DNA of 64,000 nucleotides from Kondoa subrosea (Eukaryota): NCBI GenBank assembly GCA_039545335.1, contig BCIN01000002.1, positions 3,143,564 to 3,207,563 of the forward strand, read 5' to 3'. Shown piece by piece: positions 54,964 to 64,000 of this stretch (position 1 is its first letter; each line of letters starts with the position of its first letter). The notes under the pieces were generated by a model. It saw only the letters and a program-made list of their open reading frames with translations, ran no database searches and was not told where the DNA came from. The position numbers and the translations under genes were made by a program.

Positions 54964-55926
54964 CTAAAATCCTCTTCTCGAGCCAGCACTCGGCGGAGGC
55001 GGTAACAAAGGAATCGGACCTCCATTCCCACTCGATGAGGACTTGGCAGACGTGCTTGACTTCTTCCCAAATCCAAAAGTAATTGTTTCACCTTCTTTGA
55101 GCGAAAAATCTTTCTTTGGTCCTGATGGTTTGGCTGCAATTGGTTCTACTGTAGGTTTCCGACGTCTATAATACTCATCAGAAGAGGAAGAATAAAGGTT
55201 TGAGGAGAATTACCTGGTCGCTTCTTGCAATGCGACGTTAAAATCGAAGGCATCCGTTCGCTCTTCGAAGCCCTGTGAACAGCCTGCAGTTCGGCGTCTG
55301 ATATTCAGATACGATTCAGCATGCTCACCATCCCTAAATAAGCCTTGCTCCCACTAGTTGGATCGACTACACGCAAGACGAAGTATCTGCCCTTCGCCTT
55401 GAGTATCATTCATTCTGCAGATGCAGTATACTGACCTGCTAGAGTCCAGAACTGGTTCTACTGCCTATTCATAGTCCGATGAGCCCTACAACGTGTAAAA
55501 GAGAGACATGGCACGTACCTTTCCTTCCAGGTCATAAGGCGAAGAAGCGAACAAATCACCCGTAGTAGAATCTTCCAGCCGTATCTCGACTGCTCAATCA
55601 ATGCTAAGACCATACAAGGGCGTGAGATGCAAAGAACATACTCTCGCTTGGTTTCCCTTCAGACGTGGATTCGATCACTCGAAGTCTACCTTTCCATATC
55701 AACGAAGACGGATCAGCTGACCAATCTTGAGCCTGTTTCAGAATGATAATGAGCACAGTCAAGGGGACAGAGGGAAACTCACCTTGTAGCCTTGATTAGA
55801 TGTTCTTGGCGGAATGCGAAAGACTAGACAGCAAGATCAAGCCTGTACACTGTTTCTGAGTACAGAGGACTCACCTTGACACTCTCTGCATACAAACAGC
55901 ACACTCTGAATGGTATTATCGTCCAT
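54964..55926 (-). CDS. NECAP: NECAP adaptin-ear-binding coat-associated protein (PHear / DUF1681)
   Basis: QSVLFVCREC..IPPRTSNQGYKAQDW, WKGRLRV, IRLEDSTTGDLFA, VEPVLDSSRYFVLRV, GFEERTDAFDFNVALQ, DFSLKEGETI and LLPPPP. Confidence 0.92.
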
Positions 55927-55956
55927 GCTCGGTTGACCAAGAACAACGAAACAATC

Positions 55957-56392
55957 ATGGCGAGCACAATCAAGGCCACAACTGAAGCCGCTCCTGGTGC
56001 AGGTCTGTTCTGTGCTTCGTTTTACATTGAAACTTGCTGATAAGACAGGAAATCCACAGCCGTTGCTCAAGCAGACAGTGCAGATGCGGCTCAATATGAC
56101 GAAGCCAATTTACCTAGACCGCTGCAAGATACTTTGTCTTCTGATCCAGCTCGAATCGGGCCTGGTGAACGTGCTGCAATGGAAAAGGATAGGCAGAGAA
56201 GGGACAACATGCCAAATGCAACTGCATCCGATGTGAGTTTGTCAATTCCCAAGAGGAACTTCTAGATTGATGATCCATACACAGGGCTTTGCGGTAGCTA
56301 TGCAAAGCATTCAGGATGCGAAGAAGAATCCGATTAAACCGGATATGGATCTGCAAGCGATCGAAAGTGCTGCTCCTACACCCACGAATTGA
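55957..56392 (+). CDS. Small hydrophilic hypothetical protein, two introns
   Basis: ATG in ACAATCATGG context. Open spliced frame MASTIKATTEAAPG...KSTAVAQADSADAAQYDEANLPRPLQD...SAAPTPTN*. The first acceptor is uncertain. Confidence 0.55.
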
Positions 56393-56749
56393 TCACATCT
56401 CGAGGAAAGACAAATGTAGGTATAGTAGCTGTCTTTGTCTTCCGATCTCTTCTTCTTCATGTTATCACTATCTTTCCGCTTCATTTTGTGACTATCGTTT
56501 CGCTCGACCTGGAATAGACATCAACCCAACGCGCTTTGCTTTGGCGCTTTGCTTTGCATTTGGTTCCCTTTGTTTGCTCGTCCTCTCTTCTAACTTGTAC
56601 TCAGAGACCGCTCCGAAAGCACTCTACACCTCTCTGTATCTGGCTAAGCTTGAGTCAAACAATTCTATCCCGCGAAATTTCATATCAAGTCTTGCCCTTC
56701 GTCTGCCCACATCAATGTCTGTATGTATTAGCTGAAGATCCCGCAGCCC

Positions 56750-56874
56750 CCAAGCGGTAGTACGACCGATTTCTGTGCCTTTTCCCGCCGGCGCTGATCA
56801 AATCTATAGCGGAGTTCGCCTCCTATCCTGCTGGATACAGCGAAAGATCCACAGTTCGATCCTGTGCTTGGTCT
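56750..56874 (+). pseudogene. 5'-truncated tRNA-Arg(CCU) pseudogene retaining both introns
   Basis: Lacks tRNA nt 1-10 (5' acceptor strand and start of the A-box). D-stem 3' strand GGC>GGA and intron donor GTACGT>GTACGA. Confidence 0.85.
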
Positions 56875-57124
56875 CGGGGTGTGCTTTTTGCTCGCGGGAG
56901 CAATGTGCTGGGACGCTCTGCCCCGTTTCTTTTTTGGTTTTGAAGTGAAATGAACAAGAGACTTGGGAAGGACTTCCTTGAGGTGCAGCACATTACTGAG
57001 CAAACAATCATGACTCTTGTTCATCGTCATGCTCCAGAGACTGCTCGAGCGCTGGAAGATATGCCTTTACCGTGCGAAACATGTAAGAGACATCACTGAT
57101 CTAGAAGTGTCTAGTTTGCTTTGA
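56750..57124 (+). repeat. Left arm of an inverted duplication of about 375 bp (partner 61221-61594)
   Basis: The reverse complement aligns end to end with 61221-61594, roughly 95% identical by manual comparison, with a few 1-nt indels. Confidence 0.96.
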
Positions 57125-57379
57125 CGCTAAGCTTCCTGTGCTAGCAGAACTCGTGTTTATGCATGTGCTGATGATCGGAATTGTCTTTGTAGCGATGTGC
57201 ATACATATGCAAGAGATCAAAATGCTTATGTAATACAGCCGCCGGCATTCTCGAGTCTTGCCAGAGTGAGCAAAATTTACTGGTAAGTGGATGATTCATT
57301 GACTACAAGCGAGCACATGCATGATACTATAGTCCGCTACTCCTACACGAATTTCTGTGAAATTTCGCTTCCACAAACA

Positions 57380-58402
57380 ATGACTTCAATACCTGCCTGC
57401 TTGGATATACCCGCTTCAATTGCAGCACAGTCCAATATCAGACTACTCCAGCGAGAGAGGTCCAGGCGGGCAGCCTTTCACGATGCAAACTCGCGCTATT
57501 CTGCTACAACTGGGTTGCAATTTCCTGCAGCCAACAGATATAGCGATATCATGCCGTACAATAGGACATTGGTTCAGTTAGAAGGAAAAGGCTATGTGAA
57601 TGCAAATTGGGTTGAAGAGCTTCAGCTGGGACCAGGCAAACCTCGAAAGTATATTGCTGCTCAAGCCCCGCTACAGAACACTCTGGCCGCTTTTTGGCAG
57701 CTGTTCCTACTACCAAATGCGCCATCAATATGTGTCATGCTCACTGGTGTGAGTCATTTGATCGAATTTATTGTTCGCGCAGGCTGAACTCTTGCCAAGT
57801 GGGAAGAGCGAGGCATCTCGAAATGTTTCCCTTACTTCTCTCCCTCAGCTGATCCTCTTTCAATATCTCCTTCTCTATCTATATCACTGAAATCATCCAT
57901 CTTATCCGAAGATGGATCATACAAAATCAATACTTTGGTGTTGACATCACTTCAAGGCGAAAAACACATTACGCATATAGAGTACCTTCATTGGCCTGAT
58001 CATGGGCAGCCTCAATCTAGTAAAAGCATTCTCAACCTCGTTCGTTTTGTCGACGAGCTAGAATCGATGGATAAACCCATATTGGTGCATTGTTCAGTAG
58101 GTTCAGCTAATGCATCGCCAACTGATAGTGCTGAGGCGTCTTCCTAGGCTGGCGTTGGTCGAACTGGAACTTTCATTGCTCTGTCCAATTTGATGCGATA
58201 TCTACCTTGTCTGGAAGCAAAGTCTGGTGAAGAAGATGTGGTCGCAAATGTAGTAGATCACCTCAGAGAACAAAGATGTATGATGGTGCAGACGCAAGGC
58301 CAGTTGGACTTCGTCAGGGAATCCGCAAGGCAAGGATGGATAGAATGGAAGAGAAGCACCTCAATTCGCTATTCAGCAACAGAGGACAGAAGGGAGATGT
58401 AG
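57380..58402 (+). CDS. Classical protein tyrosine phosphatase
   Basis: NRYSDIMPY, YVNANWV, YIAAQAPL, WPDHG, VHCS|AGVGRTGTFIAL (split by an intron) and LREQRCMMVQT. Confidence 0.95.
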
Positions 58403-58788
58403 TGGTTGCTGGCAGAAGACCTGTCGATTGTTTAAGGGATTGCGCTTGCTTTGTACGTTATAGTGCTTACATGTGTCTGCCTTGACTAATTTTGGGAGAC
58501 ATCTTGCAGGGATCTGCCGGGCAACAATATCCAAGGCATCGTCTCACGTTCATCAAAAGTGAAACAGCAATGATTCGAGTCGTCGGCGAACAAGATTTTT
58601 TTCGCCTGGAAGACGCTTGCCAACTTCATGTACTATAGCTATCGCTTGGAAATGGAGCATTATACGGCGTACCTCAATACTTCGTAAGAATGCAATCGAC
58701 CAATTACAACATCAATATAACAAGATTACTTCACCACAATACAATGGACCAGTCACATGATGTCTTGATCACAAGATTTTCGATTAGC

Positions 58789-58825
58789 TTCGCCGCTCTT
58801 TAATTCGCCGCTCTATAATTCGCCG
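58789..58825. repeat. Short 15-bp tandem repeat (about 2.5 copies, TTCGCCGCTCTWTAA)
   Basis: ttcgccgctctttaa ttcgccgctctataa ttcgccg. Confidence 0.8.
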
Positions 58826-59537
58826 ATCGTGAATGCGTCGCTCGCTAAGCAGGCGACTACGGTACAAGAAACCTTTGCTCGCATTTTCACCGTCTTGTCA
58901 TTGCTCCAGCATGGAATGCTTCTTGCTGTCTTTTGTCCGCCGATAAATACGCATGCGCATTTGGATCGAATTAATAAGCTCCCAGACACAAGTGTGACAG
59001 ATCTTCTCCGCTTAGAAAAATCGGACCAGTCTCTCTTTCTCCTAAACAATTTCTGATCTCTTCTGCTCTGTTCAGGTTAGTCCCGTCTCTTTTTATGTCA
59101 AGCAAGTGTTGGACATCGTGTTCGGGTTTCAGGTGAACTCAAAAAGGCTTTAGCTATTGTTTCATCAAGATCTCGTAGATTCACATAAAGGTCAGTCCTT
59201 GGCTTGACTGGTTATTTGCAAATCCCTGAACCTACAGTAGGAGCTTCCTTGTCGCTAGTCAGATTGGTCAGCTAGTCGACGATAGTCACTATCTTCTCTT
59301 TATATATCATCCCTTCCGTACTCGTATACGTAACCAAAACTCTGCATCTGCACAATTTCGCTGTTGTTGCTCAATCATCGCTAGGCGTCAAAAATCGCGC
59401 CAACACAACCTCAACAGGCCACAAGACCCTCAACCAATTCGCCATAACGTGTAATAGTCAGGTGATCGAGGAAACGAAGGTTTGTTGGTAGAATCCAAGC
59501 TTGAAATCTAGACTGAGATTTTCGAAGGCTTCAACAA

Positions 59538-60899
59538 ATGGTTCTCGCTACCGAATTGTCAAATGAACTACTGCTGAAGATTTTCGATCATATCTGTGAA
59601 AAGCCATTCAAACTTGGTGACCTGGCTTCGTGTGCAGCTGTCTGTCGCGTTTGGCATGTCTTTGCTATGTTCAGGCTCTATAGCAACTTCAGCCACTACT
59701 CTTTCTTGCGACGTGAATCTACTGTATCGGCCTGTCAAGACCTTCTAGTAAATCCTGGCTTGGCTGAACTTATCGTTACCTGCAGCATAAACTTGGCGAG
59801 ACCTCAAGACGGATATTTCATGGACAAATCTAGGCTTGCACAAGTGCTCAACGTATTGACTAATGCAACGAGTCTGAAATTGGACAACGTATCAGCGCAC
59901 CACACGCTTACCTTGCAACAGGGCTGGGCAGGCTTAAGGGCTTTGCAAGAGCTGGAAATCATTTTCGCCAGTGGAGAAGAAGTGCATGCAGATCAGTTCT
60001 CCTTCGTCGCCAGCTCATGTCCAGATCTGAAGAAGCTACTTCTCAATTGGGCAGACGGAGCGATACTCGAATTTGTGTCGGAAACAAATGCAGATGCATT
60101 ATGTGGCATGCCATATCCATCTTTGGCAGAACTCGAAACATCTTCACCTATGGTCCGTCTGTTATATGCTATACAGTCGCAAAATACGGAGCTTCTTCTG
60201 CATACCATATCCCTCTCCCGGCATTGCGACGTGGAGAAGATGCTCGGTCCTGTCTTACCTTACCTGGGACAAGCTGTTCACGCTAACTTTGATCAAGCTC
60301 AAGAGTATCCGACCGAAGCTGAAATCGAATCCCTAAGTCAACATCTGCCCGTTCTCAATGGTCTGACTATCGAAGTCGATCATCCTAGCTCTCTAGAAGA
60401 CGTTCCTGTGAATGATCTATTTCAGCTGCTTCACCAACTCAATACACATATGTATGGTCACAACCTTACAAGTCTCAATCTTCCCTTTGGTCTTTGCGGT
60501 ATTTGGTTCGGTTCGCCGATTCTCAACACTCAAGCATTCCTACCCAATCTGGACGTCCTGGATCTTGAAACTTACGTTAATTATTGCTTCAACGTAACCT
60601 GCAGGGGCCAGTTCGAAAACCTGCTCCCCTTGAGTAATGAAACCGCTGTGTTGGCAGGGATGGCGCGAGAACTTATGTCATGGACACTGCAGACACCTGA
60701 AGTAAACAGATGGGCGCGCTTACACATCTATCTATGTTTCACTTGCGGTCAAGACATCGAGCTTCATTTCGAAGAGGGCTGCATGACGATCATGTCAGAG
60801 CCGAAGGAGCCTGAAGACAGCGGAATGAGTGCAAAGTGGGATTGGAGGAGAAGTCTGGGCGTAAATGAGAAGGGAGAACTGGAAACCTGCGATTTATAG
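59538..60899 (+). CDS. F-box protein with degenerate LRR/RNI-like repeats; intronless CDS
   Basis: LSNELLLKIFDHI...DLASCAAVCRVWH F-box and LxxLxL repeats, in a single 453-aa ORF. Confidence 0.85.
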   Translation: MVLATELSNELLLKIFDHICEKPFKLGDLASCAAVCRVWHVFAMFRLYSNFSHYSFLRRESTVSACQDLLVNPGLAELIVTCSINLARPQDGYFMDKSRLAQVLNVLTNATSLKLDNVSAHHTLTLQQGWAGLRALQELEIIFASGEEVHADQFSFVASSCPDLKKLLLNWADGAILEFVSETNADALCGMPYPSLAELETSSPMVRLLYAIQSQNTELLLHTISLSRHCDVEKMLGPVLPYLGQAVHANFDQAQEYPTEAEIESLSQHLPVLNGLTIEVDHPSSLEDVPVNDLFQLLHQLNTHMYGHNLTSLNLPFGLCGIWFGSPILNTQAFLPNLDVLDLETYVNYCFNVTCRGQFENLLPLSNETAVLAGMARELMSWTLQTPEVNRWARLHIYLCFTCGQDIELHFEEGCMTIMSEPKEPEDSGMSAKWDWRRSLGVNEKGELETCDL

Positions 60900-61220
60900 G
60901 TGATATCAGAGATTTAGGTGAGAACGTTTGATACTTCTTAACGCATTTGAAGCTGACTCGACTTGCAGGCGCTCAATTGCTGTTCGCGAAAGCAGTCGGA
61001 TCATTCGGTTGCAGTTCAGGGTAGAGGTATTTCTTCTTTTGGCTGCCCAAAAATCTTCTCGCTCAAAACTGCTTTCGCAGATGCTTGGCTATGGTCCGTT
61101 TCGGAGTTGTGCATCTGTTCTTGGGTCTGTGTGTTGATATCGTTCAGTAGGCTCAAGCCTTGTTGTGAAAATAGTAATGTACTTTCAAATATATGCCAAA
61201 ATTCAACTCTGCGAACATAT

Positions 61221-61594
61221 TCAAAGCAAACTAGACACTTCTAGATCAGTGATGTCTCGCACATGTTTCGCATGGTTAAGGCATATCTTCCAGCGCTCGA
61301 GCAGTCTCCGGAGCATGACGATGAACAAGATCATGATTGTTTGCTCAGTAATGTGCTCCACCCTGAGGAAGTCCTTCCCAAGTCTCTTGTTCATTTCACT
61401 TCAAAACCAAAAAGAAACGGGGCAAAGCGTCCCAGCACATTGCTCCCGCGAGCAAAAAGCACTACATCGAGACCAAGCACAGGATCGAACTGTGGATCTT
61501 TCGCTGTATCCAGCAGGATAGGAGGCGAACGCCGCTATAGATTTGATCAGCGCTGGCGGGAAAAGGCACAGAAATCGGACGTACTACCGCTTGG
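61221..61594 (-). repeat. Right arm of the inverted duplication (tRNA gene plus about 250 bp of 3' flank)
   Basis: See 56750-57124. Confidence 0.96.
61454..61458 (-). terminator. Oligo-T (T5) putative Pol III terminator of the tRNA gene
   Basis: TTTTT on the minus strand, about 12 nt after the discriminator base. Confidence 0.55.
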
Positions 61595-61604
61595 CCACGT
61601 GGCC
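61470..61604 (-). tRNA. tRNA-Arg(CCU) with a 50-nt GT-AG intron in the D-loop (61584-61535) and a 13-nt intron at 37/38 (61518-61506)
   Basis: After removing both introns: GGCCACG TG GCCA AGCGGTA CGGC G TTCGC CT-CCT-AA GCGAA AGATC CACAG TTCGATC CTGTG CTTGGTC T. This is a full cloverleaf with one acceptor mismatch (6:67) and one D-stem mismatch (13:22). A-box TGGCCAAGCGG and B-box GTTCGATCC are present. Confidence 0.9.
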
Positions 61605-61652
61605 AGTTTCGAGTGCGACAAAATCTGCCGCACGTTTACAAATTACTCATCA

Positions 61653-61907
61653 TCAATTTGTAGAGCATTTTAGTGAAAATTCGGGCAGTTTCATCGTTTC
61701 ATGCACCACTGCTAAATTAATCGAGGATACTGTTTTATCGTTCGTGGCAGAATAGAAAGGGTCAACTGTTGTAGGACCTCGCTCAGCGCTTTGAGCAGAA
61801 CTTGCATCATGATTACGGGCGGCAACTTTCCCAGGCTCTTTCGGTTCTTGCTTTGGGGAATCAAGCTGGTTCAGCTTGCCCTTATGAAGTTGAATGGGAT
61901 GTCTCAT
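61653..61907 (-). CDS. Possible small ORF (84 aa) ending about 50 nt upstream of the tRNA on the same strand
   Basis: AAAATG start after a CT-rich leader; MRHPIQLHKGK...CSTN*. No homology recognised. Confidence 0.3.
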   Translation of the reverse strand: MRHPIQLHKGKLNQLDSPKQEPKEPGKVAARNHDASSAQSAERGPTTVDPFYSATNDKTVSSINLAVVHETMKLPEFSLKCSTN

Positions 61908-62381
61908 TTTGCCTATTGTAAAAGGAAGGCATTGAAGAAGTCGAAGAGAGAAGAGACGCGAGCGAGGGCACGCGCAGATGATCCTAGATCTGTGTATCCC
62001 GCGCAGAGCCATATGAAGACAATGACAAGAAAGGGCGAGCACAGAAGAGGGTACGTGATGTGATGTAATGGTAGGCATGAGAAGCATAACACGAGGAAGA
62101 ACTACAACAATTGCATGAGATCAGCCGCGCCAAAGACGAGCTGGGATGATCAATTTGTAGCGATGGAAGAGAGAGTTGCAACCTCGTCAATCAGTTCAAG
62201 CATCGGATCTTGTGATTTAGGCGTCAAGTCCAATCAAGCAATGAAGCAGTGCAATAGTTTGTGGCCCCAACGATCAATCCAGAAATAATACAGCTTGCGA
62301 GGTAACATGTGTGGCAGTTGCAAGAAGAGGGACGAGTAATGTACGTCTTGCTGTGTCGACCAGTATCAAGACTTCGAACGG

Positions 62382-64000
62382 ATGCAGGCCATCTACAATA
62401 CCTCGCTACCTCCCAGCGGCCAGGACTTCGCTGTTGGCTTGAGATTATGCCCTTCCACGCTGCTCAAGAAAGGCAGTCGAAATTTGGTCGTAGCGAGGAC
62501 AAACTACTTGCAAATCTTTCAGCTCGACATAGACAATGGCACGCTAGTACACATCCAGTCGCAAGTCCTGCATGGTGTGGTTACTGGTCTTGCTCGGGTC
62601 AAAATCCTGGATTCAGCCAAAGATGGGCTGCATAGGCTCTTGATCTCCTTCAAGTCTGCCAAATTCAGCTTATTGGAATGGGATTCCGCTACTCATAGTC
62701 TGGCAACTATTTCTTTACACTCGTTCGAGCGACTGCCGCAACTTGTAAATTGATATTTACTTGTTTCGGCGTGCGAGGAAGCTCATGCTCTGCTGTAGCT
62801 TTCCAATACACTCCCTAGGCATCCTCTGCTTCGAGCTGATCAAACGTCAAGATGTGCCGCGCTCTTACTGGCTGCAACAACACCGACTCTGGGAGTCCTT
62901 CCGCTGTTTCAAGATGCTCTGGAAACTACGACGAATGCTGTTGAATCCTTACCTTATGCTGCATCTTTCCTGATCAATCTGACCGCTCTACTGCCTACCC
63001 TTCTCTTTGTACATGACTTCTGCTTCTTGCCTGGCTTTAATGAACCGACTGTCGCAATCCTCTATTCCACGCAGCCAACTTGGACAGGTCGTTTGGAAGG
63101 ATCAGTAGCAAGAGATTCAACATCATTACTCATTCTTACTCTGGATCTTTCTGAAGCTCATTCTCACGCAATCATTTCCAACATCTCTCCTACCACTTCG
63201 ACGCTTAGTACCGGTCTTCCTTACGATGCTCGCCAATTGTACCCGTGTCCGAAAGAATTAGGTGGCATGTTGGTGATCACAGGCAATGCAGTTATTCACG
63301 TTGATCAAGCTGGAAAGATCATTGCAAAACCTTTCACAGCATGGCATGACAAGACTTCAAATTTCCTTAGTACTCCAGGTCTTTTACTACCACCTTCAAA
63401 TACACCTAAAATGGGTTTAGAAAACTGTTCTTTGGTTTTCACTTCTGCTTTGAACGCTTTAATTTTCCTCGGTAATGGAGCTGTTTTCAATCTCAATTTC
63501 AGAAGAGATGGTAGAACTTTATCCGAAATTACTATAACCAATAACGAACAACCTATTGCGAATGGAACGATTCCAAGTTGCGCTGAATTGGTTGGTCGAG
63601 ATCATATTTTTGTTGGTAGTATAGTTGGGAATGGTGCTTTGTTGAAATACAATGTCTATGCAAATGAGAGCAATGGTATGGATTTTGAAATGAATAACGG
63701 TCGAAGAAGAGAAGAAGATGAAAGTAGCGAATCGGATTCGGAAGAGGATGATTTGTATGGAGCAAGCGAAAGTAAAGTCAAGAGATTGGTCATACCGAAA
63801 GCAAATACCAATGGAGCCTCCAAAGAACCTCTGTTGAAGTGTACCGACTTGATTGAAGGTTATGGCGCAATTCGAGACATGGCTGTAGGAACAGTTGCAG
63901 CTGACGTGAGGCTCGTTGTTTCCACTATTTGATCTTTCACCGATCATTCTCCAGGTCCAAGCAGAGCTAGTGGCATGCACAGGTGGTATGTCAACAGGAG
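62382..64000 (+). CDS. CFT1: Cleavage and polyadenylation factor CPSF1/Cft1 (partial, continues beyond the window)
   Basis: LPPSG, NLVVARTNYLQIF, LHGVVTGLARV, LLISFKSAKFSLLEWD, TISLHSFE, FLPGFNEPTVAILY..QPTWTGRL and LPYD. Confidence 0.93.

Noticed and set aside
56750..61594. Inverted arms as terminal inverted repeats of a Mutator/Pack-type transposon
   Set aside because: There is no target-site duplication (ccgcagccc vs ccacgtggc) and no transposase, and the right arm continues seamlessly into an intact tRNA 5' end.
61593..61604. 12-bp palindrome GGCCACGTGGCC as a bHLH site or element end
   Set aside because: It is explained by tRNA nt 1-12.
56728..61673. Similar ORFs 56728-57030 (-), 56823-57011 (-), 61165-61521 (+) and 61263-61673 (+) as a duplicated protein gene
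   Set aside because: They are antisense to the tRNA locus, and the two copies differ by frame-shifting 1-nt indels.

Overview
Gene-dense, very intron-rich fungal nuclear DNA, most likely from a basidiomycete (introns about 45-60 nt, GT/GC-AG, with CTRAY-like branch points). Hand splicing recovers about 28 protein genes. These include TAF5, an amino-acid permease, SCD6, a DOMON/cytochrome b561 protein, an alpha/beta hydrolase, an NRAMP, a Rab2, INO1, TIM22, an ArAE/FUSC protein, a TBC GAP, a SEC14-like protein, SDH2, TMA7, HID1, NECAP, a tyrosine phosphatase, an F-box protein and CFT1. The most striking signal is a minus-strand tRNA-Arg(CCU) gene at 61470-61604 with two introns: a normal 13-nt intron at 37/38, and a 50-nt D-loop insertion that looks like this genome's spliceosomal introns (GTACGT...GCTGAT...TAG). 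A 5'-truncated inverted copy of that locus lies about 4 kb away. Other highlights are an intron-containing Doc/Fic-like gene with a variant active-site motif (QAFQDGNHRTA), an apparent 5.3-kb tandem duplication ending inside TAF5, microexons of 2-4 nt, and a probable AT-AG intron. All gene models were spliced by eye, so coordinates may be off by a few bases. No database searches were run.
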